Origin: Syntrophales bacterium
GTDB taxonomy: Bacteria; Desulfobacterota; Syntrophia; Syntrophales; UBA2210
Reading direction: 5' to 3'
NCBI GenBank assembly: GCA_963666365.2
Contig: CAXXNF010000001.1
Span: 736,001 to 800,000, forward strand
DNA length: 64,000 nt
Part shown: one piece after another, positions 28,977 through 37,736 of the stretch
Layout: every line of letters starts with the position of its first letter
Numbering within the stretch: position 1 is the stretch's first letter
Made by a program: the position numbers and the translations under genes
The notes under the pieces: generated by a model
Database searches by the model: none
The model's input: only the letters and a program-made list of their open reading frames with translations
What the model was told of the DNA's origin: nothing

Positions 28977-31175
28977 CTAGTTGCCCTCTCTCTTGCGCCG
29001 CAACGACTTGATCACCCCTTCTTCCAGCGTATCGATTCCCTCCTTTTTGCCTTCGTAGATCGCCTTCGCCTCGGTGGGATTTTCCACGATGTGGGGAGTC
29101 AGAAATATAAATAGATTCCGCTTCTCCTTGCTCTCCGTTTCGTACTTGAAGAGCCACCCCAGAAAGGGGATGTTCCCCAGACAGGGCACCTGGTAGGTGG
29201 TGTTGGTGATGTCGTCGCCGATGAGGCCGCCGATGACGATCGTATTGTTGTCCTTGACGGTCACCGTTGTTTTCGCGGTCCGCTTCAGCGTCGTCGGTCG
29301 ATAGGCCACGCTCTCGCCCGAAGAGACCACCTTGGTGATCTCCTGGTAGATGTTGAGCCTTACGAAGCGCTCTTCGCTGATCTGGGGCGTCAGCCGCAGC
29401 GTCACGCCCACATCCTTGTACTCGTAGGAACTGTAATCTATATTAATCGAAGAGGTTTCAGATCTGGTCTGATAGGGAATGTTTTCACCCACATAGATCT
29501 CCGCTTCCTCGTTGTCCAGCGTCATGAGCTGGGGCGTGGAGAGAATATGAACGTCCTGGTCCTTCTGATAGGCCTGAAAGACGGCGCCCAGATTGGGGAA
29601 CAGGAAATCGCCGATCTTGATCGTCTCTCCCAGCACCCCCAGCGAAAATCCCTGGGGAAAACTGACTACACCCGTCTTATCAGGTGCAGGAATGATGCTG
29701 CCGCCTCTGAACCCTCCTCCATAGACCTTGGTGCGGCCGTCACTGGAGCTGATATAATCCCCGCCGGTCCATTCCACCCCCATATCGAAGTTCTTGGTTA
29801 TGTTGACTTCCATGATAAGCGCCTCGATGTAGACCATGGGACGGGGAATATCGAGTTTTTTGATCACCTCCTCGAGGACGAGATAATCGTCACGGTCGGC
29901 GGTAATGATAAGGGAATTGGTCGCCTTGTCGGAAACGACATTCACGTTTTTCGACACCACCGGCGCCGTTCCCTTTTCGGTCGCCGCCTTTTCATCCTTT
30001 TTCGAGGGAAGGTTCATGAGTACCTTCGTCAGCTCCTCGGCATCGGCGTTCTGCAGGCGGTAGACCCGGATTTTATCCTCCCCCCGGGGAATTTCCCTGT
30101 CCAGGAGGCTCAACAGCTGCTTGATCCGTTCCGTGTCGTTCTCGCTGGCCAGGACAATGAGCGAGTTCGTTCGTTCGTCCGCCACCAGCTTGACGGGCGG
30201 TTCGATTGATCCCTTCTGATCCTTGGCCGTTTTCTGAAATATCTGACCGAGCGATTTGGTGACCTCGGAAGCCGACGCATATTTGAGCGGAAGCACCGCA
30301 ATTTGTTCCTCGATGCCCTCGATATCGAGGGCGCCGATGATAATGAGCAGCCGCTTGATATTGGAGAGCAGATCGGTCACCACCATCATTCCCGTGGGCG
30401 GGTAGGAAAGAATCACGCTTTCCCTGGACACCAGCGGGGTCAGCACCTTTTTCATCTCATTGGGGCTCGCATACTTCAGAGAGATAATCTGTGTCACCAC
30501 CCGGTCTTCCGGGGTAATCGCCTCTTCCCTGATGCGGGTCTCCACGTTTTTTTCCCTGGCGTCCTTGGTGGGGACAATCTTCGTGATGTCCCCGGCGTCG
30601 ACCACGGTATAGCCGTGCACCTCCAGCACCGATTCGAAGACCTTGTAGGCCTCGCTGACGGAGATCTTCCGGGGAGAAATAATGGTCACGTTCCCCTTCA
30701 CGGCCTTGTCCACGACAAAGTTTTTCCCCGCAAGCTCGCTCATAAATTTAATGAAGACGCGGATATCCACATCATCGAAATCGATGGTCACATACTGCTC
30801 TTCCTTCGGGGAAACCCCCGCCTTTTCATCGGCCGTTTTTTGCACGTTCTTGACATCGGCGTCGGCCGGTCCCTTCGGCGCCGGGGATGTCGCAGCCTGC
30901 GCGATTGGCGGCGCCGGAGGCGCCGCTGGCCTTGCTGCGGGCGGCCTGGCCGGCGCTGACGGCCGCGGCGGCGGCGCCATGGGGCGCACAGTCCTGCCGG
31001 GAGATGGGGCTGGTTGTGCCGCCGGCGCGACAGGCGCGTTTTTCTGCGTCGTGGTCACAACGGCGTCATCTCCCGTCACCCGCGCCGCTTCTCCCGTTCC
31101 CGCACACACAAGCAGGGCGATAGACAGCACTACGCCATAGAACAACAAATTTTTTCTCGTCACGTTCCTCACCAA
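28977..31175 (-). CDS. gspD: Type II secretion secretin GspD with a Pro/Ala-rich N-terminal extension
   Basis: VTIDFDDVDIR..NFVVDKAVKGNVTIISP (N0), ADERTNSLIV, LDIPRPMVYIEALIMEV, LSTPQLMTLDNEEA, VPCLGNIPFLGWLF. Confidence 0.95.
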   Translation of the reverse strand: MVRNVTRKNLLFYGVVLSIALLVCAGTGEAARVTGDDAVVTTTQKNAPVAPAAQPAPSPGRTVRPMAPPPRPSAPARPPAARPAAPPAPPIAQAATSPAPKGPADADVKNVQKTADEKAGVSPKEEQYVTIDFDDVDIRVFIKFMSELAGKNFVVDKAVKGNVTIISPRKISVSEAYKVFESVLEVHGYTVVDAGDITKIVPTKDAREKNVETRIREEAITPEDRVVTQIISLKYASPNEMKKVLTPLVSRESVILSYPPTGMMVVTDLLSNIKRLLIIIGALDIEGIEEQIAVLPLKYASASEVTKSLGQIFQKTAKDQKGSIEPPVKLVADERTNSLIVLASENDTERIKQLLSLLDREIPRGEDKIRVYRLQNADAEELTKVLMNLPSKKDEKAATEKGTAPVVSKNVNVVSDKATNSLIITADRDDYLVLEEVIKKLDIPRPMVYIEALIMEVNITKNFDMGVEWTGGDYISSSDGRTKVYGGGFRGGSIIPAPDKTGVVSFPQGFSLGVLGETIKIGDFLFPNLGAVFQAYQKDQDVHILSTPQLMTLDNEEAEIYVGENIPYQTRSETSSINIDYSSYEYKDVGVTLRLTPQISEERFVRLNIYQEITKVVSSGESVAYRPTTLKRTAKTTVTVKDNNTIVIGGLIGDDITNTTYQVPCLGNIPFLGWLFKYETESKEKRNLFIFLTPHIVENPTEAKAIYEGKKEGIDTLEEGVIKSLRRKREGN

Positions 31176-31192
31176 AGGGGCTCCTTACCGCA

Positions 31193-31882
31193 TTAATGCG
31201 CTGATCTTAACTCCATAAGCGCGCGAAATTGATCTGTCCCGCGCAATCCCTCCAAGTCTCTATCATTTTTTGCCCAGTTTTTCACATCATTATTCAAACG
31301 CAGCGCTTTTTCAAGATATTCCAGCCCTTTTACCCTGTTCCCTTCGCGGGAGTAGAGACAGGCCAGATTATAGTAGGGATCAACATAGTCCATTTTATGG
31401 GCGATCGCCCGTTCAAAATGCGTCCGCGCACGGTCCATGTCCTTCTTTGCAAGAAATATCACCCCCAGGTTGTTGAGCGCAGCCGCGTGAGAGGGCGCTT
31501 CTTTCAGGATGTGCCCGTAGATGTCTTCGGCCTTATCGAGGAGTCCTTCTTTTTGATACCGCAGGGCCTCGCCATATAAGGCGCCGAGGGCAGGGACTTT
31601 GTCCGCCTTCCCTTTCTGTGCCTCCCCTCCGGGTCCCGTGGAAAGGGTGTGCGTCTTCAACGCCCTCCTGTCATCCTCTTTCGCACCACCGGGCATTTCT
31701 TCTTTCAGGAGCCATGCCCCGGCAAAAATAATTAGAATCAGCGCCGAGACCAGCAGTGCCGGCCGCAGCAGACGGCGGCGGACGGCTGCACGCTCCGGCG
31801 CCCCTATCACGCCGCCGTAGTGGGCATAAAGACTGTCTTTTTCCTGCTGTGCCTTTTTTAATGCATCGTGAATATGGCTCAC
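31193..31882 (-). CDS. ExeB/GspB-like membrane protein with a TPR domain
   Basis: N-terminus SHIHDALKKAQQEK resembles GspB starts; one TM segment; TPRs ALNNLGVIF and YYNLACLY; GTG start overlaps the exeA stop. Confidence 0.75.
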   Translation of the reverse strand: MSHIHDALKKAQQEKDSLYAHYGGVIGAPERAAVRRRLLRPALLVSALILIIFAGAWLLKEEMPGGAKEDDRRALKTHTLSTGPGGEAQKGKADKVPALGALYGEALRYQKEGLLDKAEDIYGHILKEAPSHAAALNNLGVIFLAKKDMDRARTHFERAIAHKMDYVDPYYNLACLYSREGNRVKGLEYLEKALRLNNDVKNWAKNDRDLEGLRGTDQFRALMELRSAH

Positions 31883-32842
31883 GACCACCCCCGCAGGAAG
31901 ATGAATGAAAGCCCCTCACGAATCGTGTCGTACAATGCGGTGTAGACAAGAATGCCCAGAAGCACTGCAAGAACCGCGAGCAGCATCAGTATGTCCCTGC
32001 GCTTCGTAAAACCCTCTTCCCCAAGATAGCCGGGGCCGATATCGGCAATTGCTTTATGGAGCGCCTTTTTTCCAACCACTGCGCTGTTTTCGGCATAGGC
32101 GATAAGAAGCGCCCGGTCGCAGATCACATTGATGCGTCGGGGGTTCCCCCTTGAGTATTTATAGATAATGCCATGGACCGCGCCGCTGAACCGCACATGG
32201 TTCGCGTTTTTGCAGGCCACCGTCATGCGATGAGAAATATAGGCGGCGACCTGTTCTTTCCCCAGGGGCGTCAGTTCGTATCGAACGGCAATCCTTTCGT
32301 TGAGCTGCCTGAGCGAGGGCGCCTTCAGTATGTCCTTCAGTTCCGGCTGTCCCATCAGTACGATCTGCAGAAGCTTTTCTTTCTCCGTCTCCAGATTGGA
32401 GAGCATGCGTATCTGTTCCATGACCGGCGGCGAAAGATTCTGCGCCTCATCGATTACCAGAAGCGCATTTCGCCCGGCGGCGAAGTTCTTGAGAAGAAAC
32501 CTGTTCAGGGCATCGAGATAGCGTTTTTTTTGTGGGCCTCCCCCGCCCTACCTTCACCTGGAACTCCTGGCCGATCATGGCCAGCAGTTCCACGGCGGAC
32601 ACGGCGGGGTTGAAGATTAACGCCGTATCGACGTCGGAATCGAGCGTTGCCAGCAGGGATCGGCATATGGTGGTCTTGCCCGTGCCGATGCCCCCGGTAA
32701 TCACGATAAATCCCTTCCGCTCCTTGATGCCGTATATGAGGTGGTTCAGTGCGTCGCGATGCTGAGGGCTCAGGTAGAAGTACCGCGGATCGGGAGTGAG
32801 GTTGAAGGGATTTTCTTTCAGGCCGAAAAATGCCGTGTACAT
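31879..32842 (-). CDS. ExeA/GspA-family AAA ATPase with an apparent +1 frameshift
   Basis: MYTAFFGLKENPFNLTPDP, Walker A GGIGTGKTT. Removing one base from the T8 run at 32524-32531 gives YLDALNRFLL..LLVIDEAQNL and joins LLQIVLMGQPEL..GNPRRINVICDRAL. Confidence 0.88.
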
Positions 32843-32848
32843 GAGAAC

Positions 32849-33704
32849 TTACTCTCTGAAGGTATACTGGAGGGTTTCCGGCCGTCCCCGTCGCTTGATA
32901 TTGAGGGTAATCTCGGAACCCGACTCAAGCTTGCCGTACATTTCAAGCACGTCTTTGGGAGTTCCCAGGGGGCTCGCCGTTTACCCCCTGAATGACATCA
33001 CCGTTCTGCAGGCCCATTTGCTGAAAAAGACTGTCCGGTGCAATCCTGCTGACCATGAAGCCATCGGGTTTCCCCCCCGAGAAATAAGGGCGGACCCGCA
33101 CTTGTGTCATTATTTTGCTCACGTCCTCCAGGGCCTCGTCAATCACGTCCTTGTCGACGGTGATTTTCTTGGGCGGACCGGAAGCAACCGCCTGTTGCGC
33201 CGTCCTTTGAACGGGGGCGCCGTCCTTCTTTTTTTCTTCCATGGCGAGAAATTCATCCTTATCGCCGACCCGAAGCACTACGCGTGTGCGCATGATCTTT
33301 TTCAAAGTAGCCCCGGCCAGAACATCACCTTCTCGAAAAAGACCTTGTTTCTTCTTCCCCTCCTCTTCAATAACCGCATAATCGTACTCGCCGCTCCCCG
33401 CGACCGTCCCCAGCAGAGTCAGCTTCAACTTTGTCGGCTCAAGTTCTTCCACGTTGATGGGCTTCTCTTCCTGCATCTCCTCCTTTTTCACCGAGCCGAA
33501 GAGATTTCTGGCGGTAATTACGGCGTAGGCCTCCAGGGGCTCCTGCGTCGAAATCCGCACCGCCGCACCCTTTTCGATCACTTTCTCCTGTTTCGCGACA
33601 GTCACAAAGCGGGCGCAGACCGCTTTGTAGAACATATCCACCGCCAGGTAGGAAATTACCGCAATCGAGGCGAGGATTATCACTGTGCGATAGAGGGGTT
33701 TCAT
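32849..33704 (-). CDS. gspC: Type II secretion protein GspC (HR plus PDZ) with an apparent +1 frameshift near the 3' end
   Basis: TM, RNLFG, LTLLGTV, PDZ GLQNGDVIQGVNG. Removing one base from the run at 32968-32972 restores EPLGTPKDVLEMYGKL..LNIKRRGRPETLQYTFRE-stop. Confidence 0.88.
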
Positions 33705-34531
33705 TACATTTTCCTTATCCGGATTGCGGAATCAGCGGCGGTCCCCCCCACGGTAAGGGGAATCTTTTTATTGTTCAGCGCGGGAACCGTCACATGTCCC
33801 TTCAGGGCGATTCTGGTCTTCGCGGCGCTGCGGTCCAGATATATGCTCCCGTCCAATTCGCCCGACATCTCCCTGCCGACCATGGTGAGCGCGGTTATTT
33901 TGAAGGTTCGCGACTTCAAATCCCCTCTCATGTCAACGCGATCGAAGGACACCCGATCGAAACCGAGTTCGTTGTCCATAAGCTCCAAAGCACCGCCGAA
34001 AAGCACTCCTTCAACGCGTCCCGTCCCATCGATCAACTTGCCCGGTTCTCCTCGGAAATCGCCCGTTCCTTTCAGAGCGCCTTCGATTCTCCTCCCCATG
34101 ACAGACTGAATCCATTCGCATGTGCCGAGGGCGATGCCCTGAACCGCGCCGTCAACGGAAAGGGCGCCTTTCAGTGAAAACCGTTTTTCCATCGCAACAT
34201 GTGCCGCAAGGGTTCCGCCATAGGCCTTGCCTTCGGCGGCAAATGCTGCTCGACCACGAAGCACATCCGAAAAATCAGGCATTACATCAACCGTATCGAT
34301 GACAACGGGGCCATCCGGTTTTCCGGCGAAGACAATGCGGCATCCTTCAAGGTGAATCCCCGAAGGAAAAACGAGCCGTGCCTCGTCAACGGTGAGTCTG
34401 GCGTCCATATGCGTTGCAGCGGAGGATTCCAGGAAGTTCTTCAGCAGTTCGGGGGGAAAAAGCCAGAAGAGAAACCACACCGTGACTGCGAGTCCGTAAC
34501 AGGCATAGCCGATTCCCTTTTTAACACTCAT
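33704..34531 (-). CDS. gspN: Type II secretion protein GspN (deltaproteobacterial type)
   Basis: N-terminal TM ending FLFWLFP, beta-rich body, stop overlapping the gspC start. Confidence 0.75.
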   Translation of the reverse strand: MSVKKGIGYACYGLAVTVWFLFWLFPPELLKNFLESSAATHMDARLTVDEARLVFPSGIHLEGCRIVFAGKPDGPVVIDTVDVMPDFSDVLRGRAAFAAEGKAYGGTLAAHVAMEKRFSLKGALSVDGAVQGIALGTCEWIQSVMGRRIEGALKGTGDFRGEPGKLIDGTGRVEGVLFGGALELMDNELGFDRVSFDRVDMRGDLKSRTFKITALTMVGREMSGELDGSIYLDRSAAKTRIALKGHVTVPALNNKKIPLTVGGTAADSAIRIRKM

Positions 34532-34534
34532 GGT

Positions 34535-34682
34535 GAGACCTTTGCATAATTCCCTTTTCTGTCATTCCGGGCTTGACCCGGAATCCAGAAAGTGCGTGAA
34601 AAAACTGGATACCTCCCGGACTTGATCCGGGACCTGCCGGTATGACGAAATTGATGATTCTATGAGATTGTGCAAAGATCCC
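34535..34682. mobile_element. 148-bp MITE with IS5-like ends carrying GTCATTCC-type palindromes
   Basis: Ends GAGACCTTTGCATAAT and ATTGTGCAAAGATCCC form an imperfect inverted repeat; flanking direct repeat ATGGT (34530-34534 and 34683-34687); internal GTCATTCCGGGCTTGACCCGGAATCCAG. Confidence 0.65.
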
Positions 34683-34798
34683 ATGGTGTCGATCCCCGCA
34701 CTTTTTTCCTCCCGCGTAGAGGTCAAAAAGATCGTTACTTCTTCTCTTTCCCTTTGCGCCTCTGCGTCTCTGCGCGAAACTGCCTTTTATATCCCCGA

Positions 34799-37186
34799 TC
34801 ATCTGATTCCTGCGGTTTGCTGCAGAAGAATGACGGCATCGGAATGACCGAGAACGCCGTCGCCGGACACATCGAGCCTGTCATAGGACTGACCGTCGGA
34901 GAGGGGCAGACGGACAAGGAGGCGCACCACCTCGATCGCCTCGGCAAGTCCCAGGACTTTCGTGCCCGAAAGATCGATATTCAGAAGTGCGGCGATCGTT
35001 TCGGTCGACACATCCGCATCGGGACAGGTCACGGTAATCCAGTAGCTGTCGCTTACGCCCGGTTCGTAAGGATAGTGTGCACCTGTCCTGCTGAGTGACG
35101 CGTCTATGAGGTACACTGAAGACGCAAAGGTTTCATTGATGGTGGTATTCTCAGATTCCAGGTCCTTGACCACATTCCCTTCGGTATCACGAACAGTTAT
35201 GTAAAACGCCTGATTGGCATAGCCGTTGTAGCCGGAAATGGTGGTGGCCCCGTCAAGAATCACCCGGTGCTGCTGCACCTCGTCCTGGGCTTTGAAAACA
35301 CCGGCGATCTGGAATTCGGTCCCGAAGGCGACTTCCTGATCCGACACCATGGCCACAAAGGATTTTTCCACTGCCCTGCCCCCTGCTTCCGCTCTTACTA
35401 TAATCGTGCTCGCCTGACCCACTCCCGCGGCCCGGGGCGTCACCGTCAGCAGATTGCCCGCGAGCGACGCCGTCACTACCAGTGCATTGGTTGACCGTAC
35501 CTTCAGCGTCAGGTCATCGCCGTTTCTGTCCCGCGCATCGACAAGGATCGTCTGTGCCTCGCCCGTGGCGCCGTTCAGTAAAAGGTCTTCAAAGGCGTTA
35601 AATATCTGGGGGGGTCTGTCCAGCGACTGGTCGACGGCGGCCTTTTCCTCCGGCGTCATCGTTTCCGTGGCAATCGTCACCTCATAGGCGTTGAACCCGT
35701 CGACAAGGGGCCAGGCGCTCGTCCCGTACTGGAGCGAAATGGCAAGCCTGTAGAGACCGGGAGGAAGATCGGAGAGGGTCTTGGTCCTTGCGGTGCTTTC
35801 GTCTTCAGAGCCGTCAAAGGACAAGCCGTCCACCACGGCGCCGTCCAGCGCGTTGGTCACAATAACAAAAAATGCCACATTGCTGTATCCCCGAAATGCG
35901 GTGATGCTGGTCGCCCCTTTCAGATAGACCTCGTAGCGGTCCGCGTCGGCGGCGCTGTCGAAATTTCCCGTGGCCACATTCCCTTCCATGAGGTCGCCCT
36001 CTTCATGGTTGACCCAGCAGTCGCCGGCGGCGGCACTGCAGGGAACTACATGGGTATACATCTCAAGGTCTGGAGTAAAGCTGTAGCCGCCGGCCACGAC
36101 ATTTCTATCGAGAAAGTAGAAATCGTCATCGGTGCCGCCCCAGCCCATGTTGAGGTGAATCTTTGGCCCCTCAGGATAGTCGGTATAGCCGTCGGCAACG
36201 ACCATGTGCTGGCCGATGAAGGAAAGGAGCACCGGCCGCTCCAGGTCGATTTCTCCCTTCAACTCCTGAAAAAAGGCGGTCTCTCCGACATCGCTTTTTG
36301 CCGTCTTTGCGATCGACGAGGAATAGCCGAAATTTTCCTGCATCACGTTGATGTGGGGCAGGGCCGAGGACGTCAGTGCCTCACTGAAGGCCGTTTCATT
36401 CGCTATGGCAAGGTCCCTGATGAGGAGGGCGATTTCATCGGCCTGGTATTCCGGCGTGGTTCCGGTAATGACATCGGGCATGGTGCTCCATGTGTAGGGT
36501 CGATCGAGGATCGCCTCGAGAAGCTGACCGTTCCATGTATGGGACACAGCGCCGGCGCCGCGGGCGGGATAGCCGTGATAGCGCATGAGCTGGGCCATGG
36601 CCACGTTGACGCACCCCGCCACCGCCCGCTTGCCGTTATCGAGCAGGGGAAGAAATTTGTTGTAGGGATTGCCCTGGTTCCACTTCGTGGTAAGCAGCCA
36701 TTGCCCCGGCGTGTAGGCAAGGGGCACTTTCACCAGGTGGTAGTTGAGAAGAAAATCCCAGCGCACCGCCGTTTCGCTCGCCGCGGCCGTCAGCGCAGTT
36801 TTGAGATCCGCCGCCGCCCGGGCATGGTATTCCATTTCGTGGAAGAGGTATTCTCTATACCAGTCGGGAAGGTCTTCAAAGGGGCGCGTCAAGGAATAGG
36901 CCTTGACGGGCGTGAACTGACGGGAGCGGGCGATAAGGACGTAGCCTCCTCCGTTGAGATGGGCGAGAAAGGCCGTTTCTATGGGCGCAATGGTCGGGTC
37001 CAGGGCATTTCCGGATATCATTTCCACGGAGGCAATCTCTTTCCCGCTCTTTACATAGGAAAGGAAATTTTCTACGACCCTTCGACAGTCGTCTTCACCG
37101 AGGGCGGCAGCGGAAGTGCCTGGAAACAAGAAAAATGCTGCACACAGGGCAATAAAACAGCACACTGTCTTACACTTCATTTTCAT
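34799..37186 (-). CDS. Exported C10-family (streptopain-like) cysteine protease with prodomain and C-terminal dockerin-like motif
   Basis: Signal peptide; LLTTKWNQGNPYN, AGCVNVAMAQLMRYH (Cys), QHMVVADGY (His), HLNMGWGG; tail DVSGDGVLGHSDAVILLQQTAGIR. Confidence 0.9.
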   Translation of the reverse strand: MKMKCKTVCCFIALCAAFFLFPGTSAAALGEDDCRRVVENFLSYVKSGKEIASVEMISGNALDPTIAPIETAFLAHLNGGGYVLIARSRQFTPVKAYSLTRPFEDLPDWYREYLFHEMEYHARAAADLKTALTAAASETAVRWDFLLNYHLVKVPLAYTPGQWLLTTKWNQGNPYNKFLPLLDNGKRAVAGCVNVAMAQLMRYHGYPARGAGAVSHTWNGQLLEAILDRPYTWSTMPDVITGTTPEYQADEIALLIRDLAIANETAFSEALTSSALPHINVMQENFGYSSSIAKTAKSDVGETAFFQELKGEIDLERPVLLSFIGQHMVVADGYTDYPEGPKIHLNMGWGGTDDDFYFLDRNVVAGGYSFTPDLEMYTHVVPCSAAAGDCWVNHEEGDLMEGNVATGNFDSAADADRYEVYLKGATSITAFRGYSNVAFFVIVTNALDGAVVDGLSFDGSEDESTARTKTLSDLPPGLYRLAISLQYGTSAWPLVDGFNAYEVTIATETMTPEEKAAVDQSLDRPPQIFNAFEDLLLNGATGEAQTILVDARDRNGDDLTLKVRSTNALVVTASLAGNLLTVTPRAAGVGQASTIIVRAEAGGRAVEKSFVAMVSDQEVAFGTEFQIAGVFKAQDEVQQHRVILDGATTISGYNGYANQAFYITVRDTEGNVVKDLESENTTINETFASSVYLIDASLSRTGAHYPYEPGVSDSYWITVTCPDADVSTETIAALLNIDLSGTKVLGLAEAIEVVRLLVRLPLSDGQSYDRLDVSGDGVLGHSDAVILLQQTAGIR

Positions 37187-37427
37187 AGGAGCGACCTTTC
37201 TTTCCTTTGTACTTTATTCTTGATTAAGCGTTGTATCGTATATATTCTCCTGTAAAATAGCAAGCCATAAATAATGCGCCCTTTCCAATTATATGATCAA
37301 ATTCACAGTGTTCTCCCGCACTTTGGAAGTGACCTTCGGAACGTAATCTGATACAAGAAGATAAATAGCGACATCTTCATAAAACGCGCCGCTTCCTGGG
37401 CAGAGTGCAGGGAAAAAGAACATATTT

Positions 37428-37606
37428 TCGCGCAGAGACGCAAAGAACGCGGGGAATTTATGGAATATAACAAGTCGTTCTCTGCGAACTCGGCGTCTCT
37501 GCGGGAGACAAAAAAAAGAAAAGCATCTCGCGCAGGGGCGCTGAGGCGCTGAGGAAAAGAGAAAATAAACAGGCATCCTCTGCGGTCCCTGCGCCTCTGC
37601 GGGAGC
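37428..37606. repeat. Two hairpin units of the CGCAGAGACGC / GCGTCTCTGCG repeat family
   Basis: TCGCGCAGAGACGCAAAG...GGCGTCTCTGCGGGAGA and TCGCGCAGGGGCGCTGAGG...CCTGCGCCTCTGCGGGAG; related copies at 22720-22748 and 34752-34779. Confidence 0.65.
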
Positions 37607-37736
37607 ACATGAATCAGTTGCTTAGAAACGCCGCCATGCCGACCGGGTCGGCATTGTAATGGCACGCAGAGTCTCTGGTACAACAGATATGAAGACACAG
37701 ATGTCAGGACACATTGCAATCAGGAAAACCGGTCCG

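Noticed and set aside
28972..29157. Extended ORF-track N-terminus for gspE (similarly for mscS, nitroreductase, gspH, gspF and yjbQ)
   Set aside because: The extensions overlap neighbouring genes or lack an RBS; downstream starts fit family N-termini better.
32796..34109. 437-aa plus-strand ORF (likewise 36005-37255, 43703-44983, 53211-54119, 54725-56758 and 59657-60502)
   Set aside because: These are long shadow frames opposite well-supported genes, as expected in GC-rich coding DNA.
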